Of a stretch of DNA of 64,000 nucleotides, positions 46,887 to 53,384 are shown in pieces (position 1 is the stretch's first letter; each line of letters opens with the position of its first letter). The notes under the pieces were generated by a model. The model saw nothing but the letters and a program-made list of their open reading frames with translations. It had not been told where the DNA came from and did not search any database. The stretch lies in IMG/VR virus record IMGVR_UViG_3300045988_116984; one strand, given 5' to 3'. Position numbers and translations under genes: made by a program. Source of the DNA: a virus.

Positions 46887-47399
46887 ATGATAGTACAACA
46901 GATTACAACTAAAAACGATGAATACTATACGCCAGAATGCGCCATAACCCCACTTCTAAAGTATGTAGGTGGGGGTACAATATGGTGTCCATTTGATACG
47001 GAAGATAGTTTATATGTAAAGATTTTCCGTGAAAACGGAAATAACGTAGTTAATACACATATAGTCAATGGACAGGATTTCTTTAAAACCGAACCGCCGA
47101 ATGGATGTCAATACATTATAAGCAATCCTCCGTACTCTCTCAAGAATGAAGTTCTTCATAGACTATTCGATATAAATATACCATTCGCTATGCTTGTTGG
47201 TGTAGTAGGATTATTTGAATCTGAAACAAGATTTAATATGTTCAAAAATAATGATTTTGAACTTATGTATTTTAACAAAAGAATATCATATATGACAAAA
47301 TATGGAGAGAAGCCTGTTGCAAAGCCACCATTCAGCAGTATCTACGTTTGTCATAATATGTTGCCAAAGCAGATAGTTTTTGAGGATATAAATAAGTAA
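46887..47399 (+). CDS. putative N6-adenine DNA methyltransferase
   Basis: EYYTP near the N-terminus and IISNPPYS catalytic motif. ATG 46887 after GAGGAA. Confidence 0.6.
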   Translation: MIVQQITTKNDEYYTPECAITPLLKYVGGGTIWCPFDTEDSLYVKIFRENGNNVVNTHIVNGQDFFKTEPPNGCQYIISNPPYSLKNEVLHRLFDINIPFAMLVGVVGLFESETRFNMFKNNDFELMYFNKRISYMTKYGEKPVAKPPFSSIYVCHNMLPKQIVFEDINK

Positions 47400-47405
47400 A
47401 TTTAC

Positions 47406-47433
47406 TTGACAAGATACGCCTTTATATGATAAT
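47406..47433 (+). promoter_or_regulatory. sigma-A-type promoter
   Basis: TTGACA (47406-11), about 16 bp, TATGATAAT-like -10. Confidence 0.55.
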
Positions 47434-47463
47434 ATATAATTACATTATTAATAGGACGGACGA

Positions 47464-47628
47464 ATGAATCTATTTATTAAAACTTGTTTGTATATTTCAA
47501 CTATGGTTATGTCTTTGTTTTTCGTTGTAACCGTAATTGAAACCGCAATGTTCTCAACTTGGTTTATTTTAATCTTTTACGCTATTTGGATGTTGTCTTT
47601 TGTTTCAACATTCACAACAAAGGAGTAG
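47464..47628 (+). CDS. small two-pass membrane protein (54 aa)
   Basis: AGGACGGA RBS; MNLFIKTCLYISTMVMSLFFVVTVIE...WFILIFYAIWMLSFV. Below the track cutoff. Confidence 0.5.
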   Translation: MNLFIKTCLYISTMVMSLFFVVTVIETAMFSTWFILIFYAIWMLSFVSTFTTKE

Positions 47629-47632
47629 TGAT

Positions 47633-47842
47633 ATGATTTCAAGAGATTACTCATTTAAACTCGATGATGATGAATACGATAGGCTTGAAGCGTGGTATAA
47701 TAATTTACTAAGTCGTCATAATAGCAGCGGTTATTTTGGAGCCTGTGGCGGCGGACTAACATTTAAGATTGTTCCAACTTCAATTGGTGACGTTGTAACC
47801 GCTGAATGCCTTGGTGAGGAATTTACCGTGAGAGGTTTTTAA
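47633..47842 (+). CDS. hypothetical protein (69 aa)
   Basis: ATG 47633 after AAGGAG; I trimmed the track ORF. Confidence 0.6.
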   Translation: MISRDYSFKLDDDEYDRLEAWYNNLLSRHNSSGYFGACGGGLTFKIVPTSIGDVVTAECLGEEFTVRGF

Positions 47843-47843
47843 A

Positions 47844-48152
47844 ATGGTAAAAAAAGAAGAACTTTATCAATTTTTGGATTCAGCCGAAGAAAATTGTCAT
47901 TTTGAGGACGAAAATTTCGTGCCGAAAATAAAGACGTTTATTAAGGCACTTTTTGACAAAAATTCGCCCCAAATGCCGCAAAAGGTACGTTTTTTGCCGA
48001 AAAAGTGGCAAAAATGTCCTAGTTGTGAACGTATTATAAAAGTCCAATTTTATTGTCCATTTTGCGGCCAAAGAGTGCGTGAAAGACACTATGAGTGGAT
48101 AAATGACAAATTAACATTTGGCCCAACAGATGGATGGGGAGTAAACACATGA
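47844..48152 (+). CDS. zinc-ribbon hypothetical protein
   Basis: CPSC...x11...CPFC. Confidence 0.6.
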   Translation: MVKKEELYQFLDSAEENCHFEDENFVPKIKTFIKALFDKNSPQMPQKVRFLPKKWQKCPSCERIIKVQFYCPFCGQRVRERHYEWINDKLTFGPTDGWGVNT

Positions 48153-48646
48153 ACTTTATAGAAGAAGATGGATACATCGAATATCAGTCAAAATGTGACC
48201 TGCCATACGGGAAATTCAAATCTTCACGAAATGGTTGTGGATGGATTGCTTTTTACAATTTTTACAGAACAATTTATGGACAACAGACGGCAGAAGATTC
48301 TCTTGAAACAATTCGTAAAAGGTTTGACGCAACGGTAAACTTCTGGGGAATATTTGGAACGTCCATATTTGATATGGCAGTACATCTTAGGAGACAGTAT
48401 AATAATAGAACGGTAAAGGTTAGAAGAAGATTGATGAAATCACATTATTCTGGTAATCTGCCGAGATATGGAATTATTTATTATTTTACTGGACACTCAC
48501 TACACTATGTCGCATTTGAGAGAAATGGATGGGAATTTATTTTTCATAACGTAGAAAGCAAAATTACAACAAAGAGCATGGATGAGTTCGAGGACAAATA
48601 TATTAAGTTTAAACATTATTTGTTATTTGAACTTGAAGAAATTTAA
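48149..48646 (+). CDS. putative papain-fold cysteine peptidase/acyltransferase-like protein
   Basis: NGCGWIAFYNF (candidate nucleophile Cys) and HSLHYVAF (candidate His). ATGA-coupled start at 48149. Weak assignment. Confidence 0.4.
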   Translation: MNFIEEDGYIEYQSKCDLPYGKFKSSRNGCGWIAFYNFYRTIYGQQTAEDSLETIRKRFDATVNFWGIFGTSIFDMAVHLRRQYNNRTVKVRRRLMKSHYSGNLPRYGIIYYFTGHSLHYVAFERNGWEFIFHNVESKITTKSMDEFEDKYIKFKHYLLFELEEI

Positions 48647-48662
48647 TTTGGAGGTAAATAAA

Positions 48663-48902
48663 ATGAGAAAGTATAAGATTCGGGTTGATACGAAAAGCGA
48701 CATTACCAAGATTATGGGCATTATTGATTCAGCAGAGGGCGATGTGTTTCTGTTGAATCAAGGCGTTGAAGATGGAACAGAGTTTCGTGTAAACGCAAAG
48801 AGTCTGCTCGGTTTTACTTTGGCGGTTTGTGAGTGGCCTGAGAAGTGGCTCAAGTGCGACGCTGATTTGTATACAGCCATTAAAGACTTCGTTATTGCGT
48901 AA
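48663..48902 (+). CDS. HPr-like fold protein lacking the phospho-His
   Basis: RVNAKSLLGFTLAV resembles the HPr VNAKSIMGVMSLG block, but there is no H-x-RPA. GGAGG RBS. Confidence 0.4.
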   Translation: MRKYKIRVDTKSDITKIMGIIDSAEGDVFLLNQGVEDGTEFRVNAKSLLGFTLAVCEWPEKWLKCDADLYTAIKDFVIA

Positions 48903-48904
48903 TC

Positions 48905-49291
48905 ATGGATTATGAAGAAGTAATTTCAAATTTCCTTAAACTTACATCTAACATTGAATCTGAATACCGCATTGCTTCAGAGCTTCTCGAAGAACAAAAT
49001 CAGTTGACGCAAGACTATCTACACAAGTTAGAACTTGGAAAACTGAATGCTATTGAGCTTACCAAAGTTGCTAAAAGCATACAGGACAACAGAAAAGAGC
49101 GCAGAAAGCACAAAAACGATATGGAATATGCGCAAATTATTGTTGAATTTGTACAGAATCCACAAACAAGAGATGTTTTACATCAGCTTGAAGCCACTCT
49201 TGGTAAGCTGAGAAAGATGAAGAAGCAAAGGCAATACCGAGTTTATAGATATAGAGTAATTGATGAAGAAGATTTGGTGGAACAACCATGA
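48905..49291 (+). CDS. hypothetical coiled-coil protein
   Basis: 128-aa ORF. Confidence 0.6.
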   Translation: MDYEEVISNFLKLTSNIESEYRIASELLEEQNQLTQDYLHKLELGKLNAIELTKVAKSIQDNRKERRKHKNDMEYAQIIVEFVQNPQTRDVLHQLEATLGKLRKMKKQRQYRVYRYRVIDEEDLVEQP

Positions 49292-49476
49292 AAATCTCCG
49301 AAGTCAAACTTCCTCGTGGCGAACGTGCTGTATTAACCTACCATATTGGTGGGGAAGTGCAGTACGTTATTGCTACGAATTTACTTGACACAACTTGGTA
49401 TTGGCGATATAATATAGAAAATGGAAAATTGGTTAAGCAAAAACAGAAAGCACACAATCCAAAGGAGTTAGAATAA
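49288..49476 (+). CDS. hypothetical protein
   Basis: 62-aa ORF with ATGA coupling. Confidence 0.55.
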   Translation: MKISEVKLPRGERAVLTYHIGGEVQYVIATNLLDTTWYWRYNIENGKLVKQKQKAHNPKELE

Positions 49477-49604
49477 TGTATAAGTTTGTAATTGAAGTCT
49501 CCGACGATGATGAAATTGACATCGACGATATTAAAGATAATTTGATGGAAGCGATGGAACAGTCAAATGTGGAAGATTATTGTATCAGTGGTAGTCCGGC
49601 ATGA
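49476..49604 (+). CDS. small strongly acidic protein (42 aa)
   Basis: TAATG coupling upstream and ATGA coupling downstream; VSDDDEIDIDDIKDN. Confidence 0.45.
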   Translation: MYKFVIEVSDDDEIDIDDIKDNLMEAMEQSNVEDYCISGSPA

Positions 49605-50260
49605 TAAAAACAGACAACGACTGGAAAGATTTTTTGGATTCTGAGCAACAAAAAGACTACTATAAGGAGTTAAAGCAATTTCTAGTAAAAGAGTATGAAA
49701 CAGGAAATGTATATCCGCCTGCTGATTCTATCTTTAAAGCCTTTGAAATTACGCCATTTTCGAGTGTAAAAGTTGTGATAATTGGACAAGATGTGTACCA
49801 TACGCCGAATACCGCAATGGGATTAGCATTTTCTGTGAAGCCAGAATGTCGAATCCCGCCGTCTTTACAAAACATTTATAAGGAAATTGACAATGAATAT
49901 GGCAGTCATTCATTAAAAAATGGAGATTTAACTCCGTGGGCTGAACAAGGTGTCTTTCTGTTGAATACAATTCTTACGGTTTATAGTGGTTGTCCCGGTT
50001 CACATGCCGGAAAAGGGTGGGAAATTTTTACTGATAATGTAATTTCTCTCTTAAACGACGACGATAAACCAAAAGTTTTTCTCTTATGGGGCAAGTTCGC
50101 TCAAAGAAAGAGTGAGCTTATTACAAATAAGTTACATTTTGTGCTTGAATCAGCACATCCAAGCCCATTTTCTGCCCGGAATGGTTTCTTCGGGAACAAT
50201 CATTTTCTCAAAACGAATGAGTTTTTGCGTAAAAATGGGTATGAGGAGATAGTTTGGTAA
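49601..50260 (+). CDS. ung: uracil-DNA glycosylase (family 1)
   Basis: GQDVYH (variant of GQDPYH), LLNTILTV, HPSPFSA. Confidence 0.85.
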   Translation: MIKTDNDWKDFLDSEQQKDYYKELKQFLVKEYETGNVYPPADSIFKAFEITPFSSVKVVIIGQDVYHTPNTAMGLAFSVKPECRIPPSLQNIYKEIDNEYGSHSLKNGDLTPWAEQGVFLLNTILTVYSGCPGSHAGKGWEIFTDNVISLLNDDDKPKVFLLWGKFAQRKSELITNKLHFVLESAHPSPFSARNGFFGNNHFLKTNEFLRKNGYEEIVW

Positions 50261-50261
50261 T

Positions 50262-50423
50262 ATGATTTGTTATAATTATCTGTGTCCGTTGATACCGAAA
50301 GATGGAAATTGTGCCTGTTATGAGCACTGTAAAACATTTTACCGGAAGCCAATTGTTATAACGTATTCTCATAGCACTGAAAATGTGTATAAAAATGGGG
50401 TGAATAGCTATAAAATTCGATAA
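50262..50423 (+). CDS. small Cys-rich ORF (53 aa) preceding the ThyX-like gene
   Basis: MICYNYLCPLIPKDGNCACYEHC...; ends in the region where the ThyX-like frame opens. Confidence 0.4.
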   Translation: MICYNYLCPLIPKDGNCACYEHCKTFYRKPIVITYSHSTENVYKNGVNSYKIR

Positions 50424-50460
50424 AACAGACGTTTGGGGATTTGAACATGCCCTCCGTGGC

Positions 50461-51066
50461 ATGAGAAACCCCTTGGATTCACACCAAAAAAGTGACAGTA
50501 TTTTCTCGCCAACTGTAAAAATCGGTGAAAACGATATGAATTTGGCAAAAAGACTGATTTCGGCTGGCCCCGAACATCGTAAGTTTTTGCGTCAAATCAT
50601 GGTTTCTGTTGATATAACAGGCCCTTTATTTTGGTTCAAGGAATTCGATACATATAAAATAGGAACTACTGCCAACAGCTCAAGCACCATGCATACTATT
50701 ATGCGTAATCCAATCACGATTGACAACTTTGAAATAGACGATTATTCTCATATGTTGTCATTGGATAAATATACATGTGTTCATGGCGACGAAGCAGAGT
50801 TTGTAATTGATGATGCGTGGGAAGATATTCTCACTATTTGTAATAAGTTGCGCGACAAATACCTTGAAACAAAAGACAAAAGATATTGGAAAGAGCTTAT
50901 TCGTATTTTGCCTGAATCATGGCTTCAAACTCGGACTATCACAATGAATTATGAAAATCTGTATAGTATTGTACGCCAAAGAGCGGGGCACAAACTTACA
51001 GAGTGGGCGAAATTTATTGAATGGGTGTCAACATTGCCATACGCTAATGAGTTTTTGATGCCGTAA
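50461..51066 (+). CDS. ThyX-like (flavin thymidylate synthase fold) protein, divergent
   Basis: Co-linear with ThyX (EHRKFLRQIMVSVDITGPLFWFKEF...; C-terminal RQRAGHKLTEW), but the RHR..S motif reads DTYKIGTTANSSSTMH. The frame is open from 50404 with no start or RBS. Confidence 0.55.
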   Translation: MRNPLDSHQKSDSIFSPTVKIGENDMNLAKRLISAGPEHRKFLRQIMVSVDITGPLFWFKEFDTYKIGTTANSSSTMHTIMRNPITIDNFEIDDYSHMLSLDKYTCVHGDEAEFVIDDAWEDILTICNKLRDKYLETKDKRYWKELIRILPESWLQTRTITMNYENLYSIVRQRAGHKLTEWAKFIEWVSTLPYANEFLMP

Positions 51067-51070
51067 TCTC

Positions 51071-51100
51071 TTGACACAACGGCCTAGTATATGGTATAAT
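51071..51100 (+). promoter_or_regulatory. sigma-A-type promoter
   Basis: TTGACA (51071-76), 18 bp, TGgTATAAT. Confidence 0.7.
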
Positions 51101-51126
51101 ATATACAAATGAGGGAGGTTGTCCGC

Positions 51127-51549
51127 ATGATTGATAAGTTTGATGGTGAATTTTCTTTTCTTAGCAACTTTTATGAATCGCCTGTGAAGTATAGAGGGCA
51201 TATCTTTGGAAGTGCTGAGGCGGCTTTTCAGGCTCAAAAGTGTCAGGACACATCATTAATCAAAAGCTTTTGCGGACTATCTCCATCAGAATCCAAGCGT
51301 AAAGGGCGGCATGTAACATTACGCAAGGATTGGGAAGAAGTTAAAGATGGTATTATGTATGACATTGTTTTTTCAAAGTTCTCTCAAAATGAGACGTTGA
51401 AGTACAAACTGCTCTCTACTGGAAGTGAGGAGCTAGTAGAGGGGAACTGGTGGAAAGATACATATTGGGGTGTCTGTAATGGTGTTGGTGAAAATAAATT
51501 AGGGCATATTCTCATGGAAGTTCGCGAAAAGCTATCTCAATCCAGTTGA
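51127..51549 (+). CDS. NADAR (YbiA/DUF1768) domain protein
   Basis: FLSNFY, AEAAFQAQK, DTYWGV...GENKLGHILMEVR. ATG 51127 after GAGGGAGG. Confidence 0.8.
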   Translation: MIDKFDGEFSFLSNFYESPVKYRGHIFGSAEAAFQAQKCQDTSLIKSFCGLSPSESKRKGRHVTLRKDWEEVKDGIMYDIVFSKFSQNETLKYKLLSTGSEELVEGNWWKDTYWGVCNGVGENKLGHILMEVREKLSQSS

Positions 51550-51575
51550 CAAAAAGTGTGCTTGTGTGATATAAT
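51546..51575 (+). promoter_or_regulatory. sigma-A-type promoter upstream of the first tRNA
   Basis: TTGACA (51546-51), 18 bp, TGaTATAAT. Confidence 0.65.
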
Positions 51576-51618
51576 ACAATAGTAGTCAGAAGTAATACCA
51601 TTTTAAACTCCTTTCTTT

Positions 51619-51641
51619 AGCGCCCTTATGGGCGCTTTCTT
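51619..51641 (+). terminator. terminator-like hairpin immediately 5' of a tRNA
   Basis: AGCGCCC-TTAT-GGGCGCT followed by TTCTT; the tRNA starts at the next base. Confidence 0.45.
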
Positions 51642-51718
51642 GTGGGCGTAGGAGAATTGGCATATCCACTGCGCTAAGAACGCAGCTTTTGTGGGTTCAA
51701 ATCCCACCGCCCACACCA
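51642..51718 (+). tRNA. tRNA, type I cloverleaf, anticodon AAG (nominally Leu/CUU), CCA encoded
   Basis: Acceptor GTGGGCG/CGCCCAC, A73, anticodon stem CTGCG/CGCAG, loop CTAAGAA, 5-nt variable loop, T arm GTGGG-TTCAAAT-CCCAC. Confidence 0.75.
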
Positions 51719-51740
51719 TTATTTTTATATTAGGGTGAAT

Positions 51741-52061
51741 ATGATGGACAATCGCACTATTTCTATTCCAGATGAATATTGTGAAACCTATATAGACGAT
51801 ATAGATGAAGTCGGGGAATTTTTACAAGAAATGTTTTCAGAATATGGGTTAAAAAATATCAGAGCTGATTTTTTGTTGCCAAATTTAACCGATAATGAAT
51901 ACAATTGTAAGTTTTTTAACGATTTTCAGGGAGTAGATTTCGGTTCTTCTGGTTCTTGGAGCTTTTATGATTTCCAAGTTCTTTCTACTTCTCCGTTTAA
52001 ATTCGAGGCTGATGGCGCTACGATTATACCATATAAGGTTGGTGAGAAATATGACGTTTAA
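51741..52061 (+). CDS. hypothetical acidic protein
   Basis: ATG 51741 after AGGGTGA. Confidence 0.6.
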   Translation: MMDNRTISIPDEYCETYIDDIDEVGEFLQEMFSEYGLKNIRADFLLPNLTDNEYNCKFFNDFQGVDFGSSGSWSFYDFQVLSTSPFKFEADGATIIPYKVGEKYDV

Positions 52062-52344
52062 AGACGGAGATTGCGTTCCGTTTTATAGGTTTCTTATAGA
52101 ATATTCTAAGGAGTTTAACTGTGAACCAAAAGATATTCGCTTTGATTTTAAATATAGAAATGGATGTACTGAGTACAACATGAATCCGTTGGACTTTGGT
52201 GATGGGTTTGACAGGGTAAAATCACGTTATGATGGCAGGGGATTCTGGATGATGAATATGATTAATATAGTTATGACAGAACCTCCTATTATCGAAAAAG
52301 ATGGACTTATGTTTAGAGCATATCCAAACAAAATTAAAAAGTGA
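52051..52344 (+). CDS. hypothetical protein
   Basis: ATG 52051 after GGTGAG, overlapping the previous ORF by 11 nt. I trimmed track ORF 51967. Confidence 0.55.
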   Translation: MTFKDGDCVPFYRFLIEYSKEFNCEPKDIRFDFKYRNGCTEYNMNPLDFGDGFDRVKSRYDGRGFWMMNMINIVMTEPPIIEKDGLMFRAYPNKIKK

Positions 52345-52350
52345 AGATTA

Positions 52351-52427
52351 GCGCCGATAACTCAATCGGAAAGAGTACCGTTCCTCTAAAGCGGGAGTTG
52401 GGGGTTCGAGTCCCTCTCGGCGCGCCA
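52351..52427 (+). tRNA. tRNA-Arg (anticodon TCT) with C at position 33, CCA encoded
   Basis: Acceptor GCGCCGA/TCGGCGC, G73, D stem ACTC/GAGT, anticodon stem CCGTT/AGCGG, loop CCTCTAA, T arm GGGGG-TTCGAGT-CCCTC. Confidence 0.8.
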
Positions 52428-52735
52428 TTGAGATTTTCTCAAACGTAGGCTTAGAAGCAGCCATCGTATAATGAGTGAGTGATATTCCGTATGTAACCAA
52501 GGTGGGTTTCTCTGTTCACCGCCAGAACTGATAGGGAGAGCCGATTCAGAAGAAAACAGAGCTTAGGCAAGTCAGTGAGGGACAACTACACGATAAGCCC
52601 ATTATATAAGTGTAGTTGTGAAGCATTGGAGCTTGTACAGGAACGGTTACAAGGGCGGGATGGGACATAAATGCCCAATATTCCTTTGGCGTAACAGCAC
52701 ATGAGAAAATCTCTTTCTTACTTTGTGTAAAACAT
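52428..52735 (+). ncRNA. candidate structured non-coding RNA of unknown class between two tRNAs
   Basis: About 308 nt with no plausible ORF and visibly higher GC than the flanks. Terminal 11-nt complementary pair 52430-40/52703-13, 10-bp hairpin 52582-91/52610-19, 6-bp hairpin 52632-37/52648-53. Confidence 0.4.
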
Positions 52736-52821
52736 GCTGGTGTGGTGAAATTGGAACACACATGAAATTTAAGCTTTCACGGTTAATAACCATGCGGGTT
52801 CAAGTCCCGCCACCAGCACCA
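52736..52821 (+). tRNA. tRNA-Leu (anticodon TAA), type II long variable arm, CCA encoded
   Basis: Acceptor GCTGGTG/CACCAGC, A73, anticodon stem TGAAA/TTTCA, loop TTTAAGC, variable arm GGTT-AAT-AACC, T arm GCGGG-TTCAAGT-CCCGC. Confidence 0.9.
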
Positions 52822-52846
52822 TTTCTTTAAAATAAAGAGGTATACT

Positions 52847-53137
52847 ATGGCTAAACGTTCTAAAAATATAAAATTTAGTGCAGGACTTGGAAGTTTTAAT
52901 GGTGATACATTTCAAAGGGTTATTAAAAATGAAAACGCTTATACAAAAATAAGGGTAGATGATGTTGACCCATCTTGGAGTGTTAGAAACGCAAAGTTAA
53001 AAAGTGGCAGAAATTACATGTTAGTTAAGGACTGTACTCATAATTATGACATATGGTTTTTGGGTACTGTTCGTGTAAAATCAATATCGCCATTTCTTAT
53101 AGAGTGTGATGGAAGAAACTTCGTGTTCTATTATTGA
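52847..53137 (+). CDS. hypothetical protein (96 aa)
   Basis: AAAGAGG RBS. Confidence 0.65.
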   Translation: MAKRSKNIKFSAGLGSFNGDTFQRVIKNENAYTKIRVDDVDPSWSVRNAKLKSGRNYMLVKDCTHNYDIWFLGTVRVKSISPFLIECDGRNFVFYY

Positions 53138-53148
53138 CATCATATTGC

Positions 53149-53177
53149 TTGACAAAATCGAATATATATGATATAAT
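53149..53177 (+). promoter_or_regulatory. sigma-A-type promoter driving the tRNA-Gln/Gly pair
   Basis: TTGACA (53149-54), 17 bp, TGaTATAAT. A second TTGACA lies at 53134. Confidence 0.7.
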
Positions 53178-53188
53178 ATATACAATAA

Positions 53189-53264
53189 TTCCTCGTAGTC
53201 GAATGGTACAGACAGCAGACTTTGACTCTGCGCGTTGCTGGTTCAAGTCCAGCCGAGGAAGCCA
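53189..53264 (+). tRNA. tRNA-Gln (anticodon TTG), CCA encoded
   Basis: U1-A72 acceptor TTCCTCG/CGAGGAA, G73, anticodon stem GCAGA/TCTGC, loop CTTTGAC, T arm GCTGG-TTCAAGT-CCAGC. Confidence 0.9.
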
Positions 53265-53265
53265 T

Positions 53266-53341
53266 GCGATAGTAGTTCAATTGGTAGAGCTTCTGATTTC
53301 CAATCAGAAAGTTGCGAGTTCAAATCTCGTCTATCGCTCCA
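53266..53341 (+). tRNA. tRNA-Gly (anticodon TCC), CCA encoded
   Basis: Acceptor GCGATAG/CTATCGC, U73, anticodon stem TCTGA/TCAGA, loop TTTCCAA, T arm GCGAG-TTCAAAT-CTCGT. Lies 1 nt after tRNA-Gln. Confidence 0.9.
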
Positions 53342-53356
53342 AACTATATTCAATGC

Positions 53357-53384
53357 GGACTTAGTTTTTGCTAAGTCCTTTATT
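53357..53384 (+). terminator. rho-independent terminator after the tRNA pair
   Basis: GGACTTAG-TTTTTG-CTAAGTCC followed by TTTATT. Confidence 0.7.

Noticed and set aside
50395-50403. Genome-wide TGA (or TAG) stop-codon reassignment
   Set aside because: All other genes in the window close neatly on standard stops with tight coupling to the next start. No suppressor-type tRNA (CTA/TCA anticodon) is present. The ThyX-like case is isolated.
51557-51640. 27-codon minus-strand ORF (MVLLLTTIVLYHTSTLFVNW...) preceded by a strong AAAGGAG
   Set aside because: It would need a leftward promoter inside the tRNA gene and would be antisense to the NADAR 3' end and its promoter. The RBS-like sequence is the complement of the CUCCUUU leader tract.
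52428-52735. tmRNA, RNase P RNA or 6S RNA identity for the spacer RNA
   Set aside because: It has no tRNA-like acceptor/T-arm or tag ORF, no GGAAAGUCC / ACAGAAnnnGGCUUA RNase P cores (only a loose ACAGAGCUUAGG), and no long imperfect duplex with a central bubble visible by eye. I leave it unassigned.
52546-52761. 71-aa minus-strand ORF in the tRNA-cluster spacer
   Set aside because: Its start codon lies inside the tRNA-Leu gene, it has no RBS, and it runs against the direction of every neighbouring gene. I treat the region as non-coding RNA instead.
52428-52821. Group I intron inside tRNA-Leu(UAA), as in cyanobacteria
   Set aside because: The tRNA-Leu at 52736-52821 folds as an intact, uninterrupted type II tRNA. 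The extra sequence lies wholly upstream of its acceptor stem.
53134-53364. 76-aa ORF from the six-frame track
   Set aside because: It is entirely occupied by a promoter and the tRNA-Gln and tRNA-Gly genes.
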